Assembly (NCBI RefSeq): GCF_963921235.1
Contig: NC_086109.1
Location: 24,802,001-24,866,000 of the forward strand
Length of the DNA stretch: 64,000 bases
DNA from: Mobula hypostoma
Taxonomy: Eukaryota
Direction of reading: 5' to 3'
Under the pieces are notes generated by a model. That model had not been told where the DNA came from. It did no database searches and saw only the letters and a program-made list of their open reading frames with translations. How positions within the stretch are numbered: position 1 is the first letter of the stretch; each line of letters starts with the position of its first letter. The position numbers were made by a program, and so were the translations under genes. Shown one piece after another: positions 38,461 through 49,329 of the stretch.

Positions 38461-39684
38461 TTTTGTGTTGAGATCACCAGATTGGAAATGCCATATCTCC
38501 TACCATCACGGGGAAGCTTTGTTTGCTAAAGGCTCTATCTCCTCTGGGACCAAATTCAGACATCATGAGAGTCACTGCACAACCCCTCTTTTTGTTACCG
38601 TCTACTATGTCCTCCATCTTTGAGCTCTCATCCCAGAACAAAGAAAAACGTGAAGGTTATTTTCTCTCCAGTTGACTCTTGACTCCAATCTAAACTTTGA
38701 GTTGGTCACAATGAGCTCCATGATGGTACAGGCAGCCTTGTCCTACAGACCACAAGCATACTCAAGTAATGTCTCTACTAACTGAACTGCACCAGAGAAG
38801 TAACATAAGATGGAGCCAAGATTCGAACTCATGGTCGTCTGATAGAGCCGAGATTCAAATTCATGGCTGTCTTCTATGAGCTCTTCATCCAGGCCCAGCC
38901 TTTCCCAGCAGCTTTGGGTGTGGAAATAGAGAAGAGGAGGAGGAGAATGAGAAACATGATGAATGGGAAGAAGAGAACATTCACAACTGTGGCTCATTGC
39001 TGAAATCACATTAGTGAACAGATACAACCAATTTTTGTCAAGCATAGACTGTAGTAAATTAGTGCAGATTAATTGTGCATTATGACGCTACTATATTATT
39101 CCATCACTATCCAATTGAGCCTCCAGTGTGCCTTTAGGAGTGAAGAAATAGCAATTAAAACTGGAATGGTAGATTGGTGAGATAAAACTGAGTACCTTTG
39201 GGATTGAATAGAACTGGCAGAATTAAGTGATGGAAAAAAAACCTCTTTATTAGAATTTGTCAGTTCTACTAGTAAAAAATGGCTTTGTCTTGGCAGCAAC
39301 ACTGACTGCGTTGTCTAAGTGGGTGGTTACCAGGGTATGAAATGATCTGCAGGAGACAACATTTCCTGGTTCAGCTTTTAAGCATCTGCGGTGTTACTTA
39401 AAGAGAAGTTTTAAAGATCATTTTTAAAGTGCTTCTCTTTTAGACCTTCAACTATCTAAAGAATTTTCATTGAATGACATCTTTTGTACAAACCTGAATA
39501 AATAATGTTTAGAAATCTACAACTGGGACTTTGCATATTGATGTAGTTCCAGTTTTATTCAATGAACAAGCATTGCACATCAGCACTATACTTGGGTCAT
39601 TTGCTTGACTTCAATCGGGGACACATAGTGTGCCTAGATTTGCAGTAAGACATTAAGCTAACAAAATTACTTAGTGTGGAAATT

Positions 39685-39900
39685 CTCTGAAAAGGGGAAT
39701 GATGAAAAAAATAATGAAGGGGAAAAGAGAGAGATAAGAGTAACTTGAAAGGGGAAGAGTGGGTGAAAGTAAGAGAGGGAAGGTAAGAGAGGGAAAGGAG
39801 AAAGAGAAAGGAATTAAGGGACTGAGGAAGGTAACGTGAGTAAGAGAAAAGGAGATGAAAAGGAAAGAAAAAGATGGAATCAAAATAAGGAAGAAAATTA
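39685..39900. repeat. Polypurine (GA-rich) low-complexity tract
   Basis: Almost only A/G on the + strand. Confidence 0.8.
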
Positions 39901-40002
39901 TAGTGATGGGAAATAGATACAGGAAACAGGGCAGATAAATCTGATCGAAGTAATAAAAATACTTAGCAGAATTAAGAAATTTTATAAAGATAAGAATCTA
40001 TT

Positions 40003-40089
40003 GGGTCTCAGCCTGAAACGTCGACTGTACCTCTTCCTAGAGATGCTGCCTGGCCTGCTGCGTCAACCAGCAACTTTTATGTGTGTTGC
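40003..40089 (+). mobile_element. 87-bp Penelope-derived fragment truncated inside the hammerhead
   Basis: Begins GGGTCTCAGCCTGAAACGTCGACTG; perfect TSD AATCTATT (39995-40002 / 40090-40097). Confidence 0.85.
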
Positions 40090-40421
40090 AATCTATTTCA
40101 GATGTTTGGCGAGATTAGGATTTGGGTAGTTGGTCAAGTTTTTAAGAAGTGCAGTTTAAAAAAAAAACTTCTGCACCCAGAGGAAGATAAAGGTTTGGAA
40201 TTCTGTCTCACAGACAGTACCTGATGACAATTTGATTGTTAATTAAATCAGGGGCGTAGAATTTTGCTACAGGAAACACTGATGTGTATCAGGCAATGGA
40301 TGAGTATAGGGAATGAAATCAGGAGATGGGTTGAGATTGAACTGAAATGGAGCAACAATCTTGAAGGCCAGAATGGGCTACTCCCATTACTAAGGCCCTA
40401 TTTTACTTGAAGTTGTTTTAG

Positions 40422-40640
40422 CTTGTTGAGAACAGTATGATCAGAGAATGTGGCTTACACTGAAGGGGGTGCAAGTTCATATCTAATCTGCATAATCAGT
40501 GTTTCAATTTATTGTACAGGTTCCCTGGATAATGGTGGAAACAGTTTCGGTAATATTGATTCATTCAAATGCAAATTAAGAATTTTTTTTAGAAAATAAC
40601 TCCTTGGGATACAGCACCAAGGCAATTTGAATGACGTGAC
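40422..40640 (+). pseudogene. PTP C-terminal Q-loop-like remnant
   Basis: 'SVFQFIVQVPWIMVETVS' followed by donor |GTAATA at 40550 (cf. DVFQxVxxLR..RPxMVET); next acceptor TTTTTTTTAG near 40592. Confidence 0.45.
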
Positions 40641-41529
40641 ATGGTACATAAGGGCTGGCTTGGAAGGAACAGGTGACATTAAGCTTGTTGTTACCAAAAC
40701 ACATTAACACTGATATTTTCCATCACTTCTGTGTGGGTCTGTTGGCGACTAAATAGTTGATTTCTTTGAATAGCCAACAATTCCATTCTCATAATCTGAT
40801 ACGACTGCCAGAATAGTGGCTTCGTGAGCTAAATAGACACTAGTTGATTGTAATCCAGCAATTCCTATTTTCCAATTTAAAAAGCAAAAGGGAATATTGT
40901 AGAGCAATATATAGAAATACTGAATATATTTCTACATAATGAGTGAGGAGAAAGAGAGAGGGAAGGAGAGAGAGAGCAGAGGACAAGCTACTGAAAGCAG
41001 GCAAGTCCTGGAACCTATCCAACTAGGTCAATTTCCGAGACTGTTCCCAAGTGACTCAGAAATAGTGTTTGAGAGAATATAAGTGATGTAAAAAAGACCA
41101 GTCATTCACAGGCTGCAATCAGCTGCAAATTAATGGTTAATCCCCAGATTCTGGTACTAATTGGCCTGTATATGTTATTTTAAATAGAAAGTCCTACTTC
41201 AGGGTAAGGAAGCTGAAAATTCACATCTGTCTATTTTTGGGAGAGGTCATGAGGATCCTGGGTGTGATTTGGCCTGGAAAGCACTCAAAGTGAATCTCAT
41301 CAAAACAGTGAAGTATAATTGAAGAAGAGTATCGCGGAGGAAGACTAGTGAGTGCACCCCTGGTTGGGGAAAATTGTGACCCATGTCTTTCTAATTTGGG
41401 GAAAGGGGATCATTCTGCACATTCCAGCTCTAATTTCAGGTCAGTTTACTTTTTTTTAAGAACATATTTTTGACTACAAAGACCCCTCTTAAATCCAGCT
41501 ATTCAGCTGCATGGAGAACTGCCCAAGTC

Positions 41530-41762
41530 CATAAGGCCATTAGTTAGAGGCCATTTGGCCCATTGAGTCTGCTCTGCCATTCAATCGTGGCTAATTTATT
41601 ATTCCTTTCAACCCCATTCTCCTGCCTTCTCCCCACAATCTTCGATGCTCTTGATAATCAAGAACCTGTCAACCTCTACTTTAAATATACCAAATGACTT
41701 AGCCCTCCACAGCTGCCTGTGGTAATGAATTTCACAGGTTCATCACCCTTTGGCTAAAGATT
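41530..41762 (-). mobile_element. CR1 3' end
   Basis: GAGGCCATTTGGCCCATTGAGTCTGCTCTGCCATTCAATCGTGGCT is the reverse of the CR1 tail seen at 5895-5975 and 52840-52930. Confidence 0.8.
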
Positions 41763-42327
41763 GCCCTGAACGAAACCAGTATTAATTTTATAATGGCAAA
41801 CCAGTCTCATCAAGGGAACTTCAACCACACTGTATTAAATTGAAAGGCAACAAACTTAACAACTGTTTTGAAGTTCAAATGCTGAAGACTTATTTTTTAT
41901 TCTTAACAAAAACATACTTGTCTTTTGTAGACCTGTACGGGAGACCAAGGAGTCCATTGAGCTCATATAAATTTCAGGACTACAGAGAGAGAACTTTGGA
42001 CTTCATAATTAAGTTACCTTGACTGTCAGTCAATATTATTCTATATTTGTTGTATTAAATAAAACAATGCCCACTTTCATCATTAACACAGATCAACACA
42101 GACATCATGACTTCACTAAGTCATTGATAGCTCCAATAATGGCATTAACCTTCACTTTGTTCACCTGTTGGTAGGTAGGAGAAGATAATAGATAGGAGAT
42201 ATTTTACCAGTGTTATTAAGAGGTCTTTGTGTACACTTCCTGTAGTTTGAAACAGATACATAAATTGCTTCCCTTGGATTAGAGCTGGGAGCCATTGGAT
42301 CCATGGTTACAGAAGGACCCTATATGA

Positions 42328-42772
42328 TATTAGATTAGATTAGATTAGATTCAACTTTATTGTCATTGTCCCAAGTACAGATACAAAGCCAATAAAATGC
42401 ACTTAGCATCTGACCAGAAATGCAAAGAATAGTGTTATTTATAAAATAACTGCGAATAGAAAGTAAGTACAATAGCACACAAATATAAAAGTACTGAGAC
42501 AGTACAATATGGGTGCAATACTGCTTAGCGCTGTGATGTGAGGTTCAGCAGGGTCACAGCCTCAGGGAAGAAGCTCTTCCTGTGCCTGCTGGTGCGGGAG
42601 CGGAGGCTCCTGTATCGCCTACCGGATGGGAGGAGAGTAAAAAGTCCATGGTTTGGGTGAGATGCATCCTTGATAATGCTTTTCACCCTGCCCAGGCAGT
42701 GCTTATGGTAGATGTTCTCAATGGTGGGCAATTGGGTGCTGATAATCCGCTGGGCAGTTTTCACCGCATGCT
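42328..42772 (-). mobile_element. Rex1/Babar 3' fragment
   Basis: ORF 42525..42764 'TAQRII...SHPNHGLFTLLPSGRRYRS...SFFPEAV'; (AGATT)n tail. Confidence 0.9.
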
Positions 42773-43939
42773 GGAGTGATATGATGTCCCACAGACCACA
42801 GAGAGCATAGCTAAGATAGTGGAATATCTTGGAGATGAGGCACTATTGCATCAGGGTGTAGAATTGTTATTTTTCTTGTCGCTTAACTTCCCTATGTGTG
42901 CTTATATTATTGTATAACCAAAAACATGCATGCAATTGCTCAGTGAATTTTGCAGTAATTGTAGTACAGCTGCTTTTGTATTTTTCGAGAAGCACCTTAG
43001 CGTTTCTGTGGCGGGAGTCACCACTTGAATCTGATTATTTAATAGGCTAATTCTTATTACTGGAATGGAATGCTGTTTTCTTCTTTTGTCAGAGCTTGTT
43101 TTTGTAGAAGACAACCTTGATTAATTTATTTCTCGGCTCTTCTGTGTTCGTTTTTTCTTCTTGTAACATTTAATAAAATTGCCGTAAGAAACAAGTTCAT
43201 GCCTCATTCTTGACATCCAAAGAATTCTATATCGGGGAAAAAAACAAAGACCCAACAGCACTAAAGAGTTACAGGGTAACTAACTCCTCATTATGAATAA
43301 AGTCATTCCTGAAAATGAAATCTTACATGCATGGAAACACTTCCATGAGTGGGGCTAAATGCAGATTGCACAGGGCTATGACGGAGATTGGAGGATGGCT
43401 GGAGGAAGACCGAGGGAAAAAAATGACACATTGTCCTGATCAGGGCAGTTTCCTTGCTAAAGATTGTTTGCAGGACAAATACAAGAGATTTTAAAACGAT
43501 CAAAGGGAATACCAAAGAATGCTTTGATAGGCCACACCATTTTCACTGTATGCAACAAGGATAATTTGCATGAATGTTGTTTTGCGTACACTTGAATGCA
43601 GGAGCAATTATTTCTGCCTTGATGAGTGACCTTCAAGAAATTGGCGCAGGTGCTTCTAAGCATGATAGACCATAGCTTCAAATGCACATCTAATAATATA
43701 ATTCAGTGAGGAGCAATCATCTCAGTTTTTAACAAGAGAAAATGCCTATTAATGTTGTAATCTACGACCTGTGTTTCTTGCTCACAGTAAAACATCCTTG
43801 TGATAAATTGGCAAAGAAACACAAATTAAAAGGATTTCCACTGAGATCCTAATATTTTGACCACAGTCATTACCACTCTAATTTTTCTGTGCTCCACCTT
43901 TGAATGCAAACATCAGTAACAAGCATCAGAGAACCTCAG

Positions 43940-44330
43940 TAATACACACAAAATGCTGGAGGAACTCAGTAGGCTGGGCAGCATCTATGGAAAAGAGTAA
44001 ACAGTCCACATTTCAGGTCGAAACCCTTCATTAGGACTGGAAAAAGAGATGAGAAGTCAAAGTAAGAAGGTGGGAGGAGGGGAGGAAGAAGTCCAGGTAG
44101 TAGGTGATAGGTGAAACGGGGAGAGATGGATGGGTGAAATAAAGAGCTGGGAGGTCAATTGGTGAAAGAGAGGGCTGGAGAAGGGTGAATTTGATATCTG
44201 ATATAGGAGAGGACAGAAAGCCATGGAAGAAAAGGAAGGAGGAGCACCAGAGGGAGGTAATGGGCAGGAAAGGAGGTGAGGTGAGAGAGAGAAATGGAAA
44301 TAGGGAACGGTGAATGACGGCACAGGGGAC
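43940..44330 (-). mobile_element. Penelope-derived element 3' region with mutated hammerhead
   Basis: Minus strand 44002-44039: cagtc-CTAATGA-agggtttcgacct-GAAA-tg-TG-gactg; purine-rich UTR like 61220-61520. Confidence 0.8.
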
Positions 44331-44555
44331 AATTATCAGCTTATCCCAGAAGTGAACTGCAAATTAATTATAAATGGAATTGGGCACTGGCTCAGCTGTT
44401 TCCGTCATTCCACAAATTGAGTTTGCATAGCATTTCAAAGATACTGACCTGAACTTTGTGAATATTGTGGATATCCAACTAAGAAATGTTACTAGAGAAA
44501 AGACAATTCCTGTAGGAATGTCATCTGTAACAGTGAAACACAACAACCAACAAAC

Positions 44556-45104
44556 TCGCATTCCACATCCTATACACATTCTGATATGTCTATTCACAGC
44601 CTCCTCTACTGTAAAGATGAAGCCACACTCAGGTTGGAGGAACAACACCTTATATTCCGTCTGGGTAGCCTCCAACCTGATGGCATGAACATTGACTTCT
44701 CAAACTTCCGCTTATGCCCCACCTCCCCCTCGTACCCCATCCGTTAGTTACTTACATACATACACTCCTTTTCTCTCTCTCCTCTTTCTCCCTTGTCCCT
44801 CTCACTATACCCCTTGCCCATCCTCTGGGTTTCCCCCCCCCTTCTTTCTCCCTAGGCCTCCTGTCCCATGATCCTCTCATGTTCCTTTTGCCAATCACCT
44901 GTCCAGCTCTTGGCTCCATCCCTCCCCCTCCTGTCTTCTCCTATCATTTTGGATCTCCCTCTCCCTCTCCAACTTTCAAATCTCTTACTAGCTCTTCTTT
45001 CAGTTAGTCCTGACGAGGGGTCTCGGCCTGAAATGTCGACTGTACCTCTTCCCAGAGATGCTGCCTGGCTTGCTGAGTTCACCAGCAACTTTTATGTGTG
45101 TTGC
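44556..45104 (+). mobile_element. Penelope-like element 3' fragment: GIY-YIG C-terminus, UTR, hammerhead
   Basis: 'HSDMSIHSLLYCKDEATLRLEEQHLIFRLGSLQPDGMNIDFSNFR'; TSD (C)AACCAACAAAC at 44544-44555 / 45104-45115. Confidence 0.9.
45005..45042 (+). ncRNA. Minimal type-I hammerhead ribozyme motif, core intact
   Basis: UAGUC-CUGACGA-GGGGUCUCGGCCU-GAAA-UG-UC-GACUG; stem I AGUC/GACU; predicted cleavage after C45037. Confidence 0.8.
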
Positions 45105-46035
45105 AACCAACAAACAATATTGATTTTGTATGAGGTAAAACCAGGAGGACCAGCATTGTGGGAGTGTGATTGGCTGAGACAACTACAACTTGACTGGAGA
45201 TCCATCTACCATTTCAATGCTACATCCACTGCATTAGACAAAACTGAAAACAAATTAAGAAAGGTACTAGATGATGCTGTAGCAGTGACCAAGGATGGCA
45301 TTGGAAAGCTCAAACATATCAGGGTTAAAAAAGTGTTAAATGCAAACGCAACATCCAAATTTTACAAAGCCCATCCGGTTCCTTTTATCATCTGTGATAA
45401 ATAGCCAGTGAGCTAGGTCACATGGAGGCCGAAGGAAATCTTCCCATGGTTGAATGCAGCTGGTAGGCAACAGCAGCGGTCACTGTAGCCAAGAAGAATG
45501 GTCTGTCAGGATCTGTGATGATTTTAAAGTCACCATCAACCCAATACTGAAAGTAGATCAATACTCTCTGCTCAGAATCGAGGATATCTTTGCAAATCTT
45601 TCTGAAGGAAAAACATTTCAGCAAAGTGGGCTTAGTTGAAGCCTACTTAGACAGAGATGGAAAAAGAGTCCAAAGTGTTTCTCACTATAAACTCTAACAA
45701 TGCCCTTTGTCGCTTCATTAGCCTTATTTTTGGAGTAGCACTCTGGCAGAAAGTTATGGACCACATGCTGCAAGGCACTCAGAGTTTCATAGATGACATC
45801 ATTGCTTCTGGCAATGATGACAAGGAATATATCCAAAACATCAAGACAGTCTTAAAAAGATTAGAAGATTATGGGCTCAGAGCGTGGCGTGACAAGTGTG
45901 AATTCTTTAAACCAAGCATTACTTACTGTGATAATACCATTGATGCACAAGGATTACACAAGTGTGCTGAGAAAATTCAAGCAGTGTGGATACCCCAAGG
46001 GCAAAGGACTTGTCAGAGTTGTTCTGTGGTTCAAT

Positions 46036-46850
46036 GATTCAATTTAATATTTGGGAATGTATACAGTATACAACCTGAAATCTCTACTCTTTGCAGATAT
46101 CCACAAAACAGAACCCAAAGAATGAATGACAGAAAGCATTAGAACCCCCAAAGACCCCTCCCTCTCCCACATACAATCAGCAGCTAAAGCATCAACCCTC
46201 CTTCTACTCCTCGCCCAACTTGTTCCAGCAAAATCATCAATAACCATGCAAGCAATAACAAGGCCCGCAGAGGCCATGATCTAAAGTCCATCAAAAACTA
46301 CCGTCCATTCCAACACTTTGACACCTGAGGCAGGCTCTCTCTCTTAGTATTGAGGGAGAGAGAGATATCGCTCCTGCCACAGCAGGAGGGGAGGCCAACA
46401 GCTCGCTGTTTTGGTGTTACAATCTGCTGCGTTGCTTGTCCGAGATTACCCTGCTCGAGGACCAGCAGGGTCTCACTCACCATCGAGAGAGAGAGGTATT
46501 GCTCGTGAAGGGGCCTTCTTACAACAGCAGCATACACCGCCTGCCTGCTTTCTCCAAGTTTCGATCTCCCACGATGCCTCAGTCAGCGACATCGGCAAGA
46601 AATCGGGTTGTCCACAGGGCAACTCACTGAATCACACGTCTCCCAAGCCGCACTTGGAGAAAGTAAAATGCTAGGCCACTCGACAAGTTCCAAGAGGGAG
46701 AACCCACTGCCCGTGAAGAACTGTAGTTTGAGCTGCAGCTGTGGATCATGGACTCCCCCAACCACCTTGAAAAATAGAAAAAAAGAGACATGAAAAGAAA
46801 AAAATTACACTGTTTCACACACAAACTGGAAGAAGTCACCCAGGTTCGCA
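46036..46850 (-). mobile_element. Non-coding element with LINE-type tail inserted in Gypsy RT
   Basis: Interrupts RT just before 'SFLG'; TGTGGT on both flanks; reverse tail resembles 8560-8645 and 33150-33240. Confidence 0.6.
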
Positions 46851-46883
46851 AAACCCTTGTGGTCCTTTTTAGGATTTGTCAAT

Positions 46884-47739
46884 TGTTACATACCTCAAGG
46901 AGATCTTGTGACTTTCCTGTGAGAATGATGTAATGGTCTTTTGGAGGTCACCTGATGTAATTTTCCCACTGATGTGAGGTCATGTGATGACATGTTCACC
47001 ACGGATATAAAAGGGAAGACCCCTGGTGACGCAGTTAGTTTTCCAGTTAGAATGTCAATGAGATACTCCGCTCCGCTGCTTATTTGCATTATGACGCAGT
47101 TTTGATTTTAAATGGAGTTTTATGTTTTAATGTAAGGTACAGAAATCTGTGCTGGTGGTTTGACCAATCGCTGCCAGGTTTGTTAATGCATCTTTTCAGT
47201 ACCATTGGAGAGTAAAGACGGGATCCTGAAGGAGACGTTTGACGGGTTTGGAAAGGATCGACCATTATTGAATTCGTTCAAGAAAGAGTGATCTGCATGA
47301 GATAGCCTCTGCTAAAATGGAAGCAGAAAAGGTTGTGCAGGATCTATTCTACGGACGAAGGTCAGTGCCTTTAAAACTGTTTTATTTCCATCATCGTGAA
47401 TCCTGTGGACAAGACATGATTCGACTGGGAGTGGCAGTGACATCGTGTCTTCGAGGAACTTGTTCTTTCATGAAAATCTCTCCTAATTGACTATATAAAT
47501 CTCTTAGACTTTAAAACTTACCATTCGAAGAACTGTGTTTGAATTTATCACTTTAAGAACCGGTTTCGCATTTATTGCTTTAAGAACTAGTACTGAGTAA
47601 CGGTTTACTGAATGGCCGCATAGCTGCTAATTTCCAGTTAGGGTTTTCGTTTTTTTTTTATTGTTTATCAGGGTTTAATAAATGTTTGTTTGTTTATAAA
47701 TCCTGACTCGATATATTCATTGTTGCCGATCACGTGACC
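46884..47739 (+). mobile_element. Solo LTR (856 bp)
   Basis: TGTTAC ... GTGACC ends; 4-bp TSD CAAT (46880-46883 / 47740-47743); TATAAAA near 47006 and AATAAA near 47677; removing it restores the Gypsy reading 'FVNYY'. Confidence 0.85.
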
Positions 47740-48451
47740 CAATTACTATACCAGGTTCTTGCCAAACCTGGCTACCGTGCCCCACCCTTTGAATTCATTA
47801 CATCAGAATGGAAAGAAATGGCAATGGCAGAGTTGTGTGAGGTGGATGTCTAAAAGACAAATGAGATGGTGACGTCAGACACTGTGCTCACACATTATGA
47901 TCCACATCATCTAGTGAAACGTGCCTGTAACACTTTGTATTGGTGCGGTCATGTTACAAGTGATTGAAGTGAAAGCCCCACAGCCTTTGCATCACATTCC
48001 CCTACTGCTGCAGAGAAAAATTACGCACAGATTGACAGAGAGGCCTTGAGTCTGTTTTGATGTGTAAAACATTTCAACCAGTATTTGTATGAGAGAGAGT
48101 TTACTCTCGTTACTAATCATCAACCACTAGTGTCCATTTTCAATCCACAGGAAGGTGTTCCACTGACAGCAGCAGCCTGAATACAGAGATGGGTTCTATT
48201 TCTTGGAGGACACAAGTGTAAAATCAAATTCAAGAAGACAACTAATCATGGAAATGCTAATGGGCTGTCCTGTTTACCCTAGGAAAAGGATATATCTGAA
48301 AAACTTACAAAAGAGGACACTCCTCTTGACGTATTCTCCCTAATACAAATCAAAAGTCTCCCTATTATAGCAGAGATATTGGAAAGGGAATCCAGTAATC
48401 TCCTCGCATTGTCTCAGGTCTATATGGCCACCAAAATGGCTGAAATGTGTA

Positions 48452-49280
48452 GTAGAATGTTGGAGATTACAAGTAGGATAGATAAAGGGGCCGCTGTGGA
48501 TGCTGTATATTTGGACTTTCAGGAAGCCCTTGACAAGCTGCCTCACATGAAGATGCTTACCAAGTTATGAGCCCATGGCATTACAGGGAAGTTACTGGCA
48601 TGGTTAGAGCATTGGCTGATTGGCAGGAGGCAGTGAGTGAGAATAAAAGGATCCTTTTCTGGTTGACCGCCAGTGACAGATGGTGTTATGCAGGGGCCAG
48701 TGTTGGGACCGTTTCTTTTGATGCTGTATTTCAATGTTGCCAATTTGCAGATGATATGAAGATTGGTGGAAGGGCAGGTAGTGTTGAGGAAACTAGGCTG
48801 CAGAAGGACTTAGATAGATTAGGAGAATGGACAAGAGAATGGCAAATGAAATACAATGTTGGAAAGTTCATGGTCATGCACTTTGGTAGAAGAAATAAAT
48901 GTGCAGCCTATTTTCTAAATGGCGAGAAAATTCAAAAATCTGAGATGAAAAGTGATGTGTGTAGAACATCCTAAAGGTTAACTTACAGGTAAAGTCGGTG
49001 GTGAGGAAGGCAAATGGAACATTAGCATTCATTTCAAGATGTCTAGAATACAAGAGCTGGGATGTGATGCTGAGGCTTTTCAAGGCACTGGCGAGGCCTC
49101 ACCTTGAGTATTGTGAACAGTTCTGGGCTCCTCATCTAAGAAAAGATTGGAGAGGGTTCAGGTGAGGTTCACAAGGATGATTCCAGGAATGAAAGGGTTA
49201 TCATATGAGGAATCTTTGATAGCTCTGGGTCTGTGCACGCTGGAATTTAGAAGGATGGGGGGGATCTCAATGAAACCATT
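48452..49280 (+). mobile_element. CR1 RT fragment
   Basis: 'VDAVYLDFQEALDK', 'QFADDMKIGG', 'LQKDLDRLGEW'. Confidence 0.92.
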
Positions 49281-49329
49281 GCGTCCACTTCCTGACTTTG
49301 GGAAGATGTTACTTCTAGATTTGTTTGAA

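Larger units (their letters stand above)
6036..40640 (+). pseudogene. Putative heavily decayed receptor-type protein tyrosine phosphatase gene (multiple FN3, membrane-proximal region, TM, PTP domain motifs)
   Basis: Collinear exon-sized remnants on one strand: FN3-like at ~6.0, 7.7/8.1, 9.3-9.5, 13.6-13.9, 14.1-14.3, 17.2-17.4, 18.5 and 20.8 kb; membrane-proximal at 24.5 and 28.4 kb; TM-like at 28.7 kb; PTP motifs at 36.0, 36.5, 37.0-37.1, 38.3-38.4 and 40.5 kb. Nearly all carry stops or frameshifts. Manual motif matching only. Confidence 0.6.
44335..48450 (+). mobile_element. Degenerate Gypsy pol (protease, RT, RNase H) broken by three insertions
   Basis: 'MELGTGSAVSVIP' (DTG mutated), 'VRICDDFKVTINP', 'FIDDII', 'SFLGFVN|YYTRFLPNLAT', 'AEKNYAQIDREALS', 'TNHQPLVSIF', 'HGNANGLS'. 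Confidence 0.92.

Noticed and set aside
38470..38600. 'TGKLCLL' as a second P-loop follow-on
   Set aside because: Redundant with the better candidate at 40422-40549; probably a chance match.
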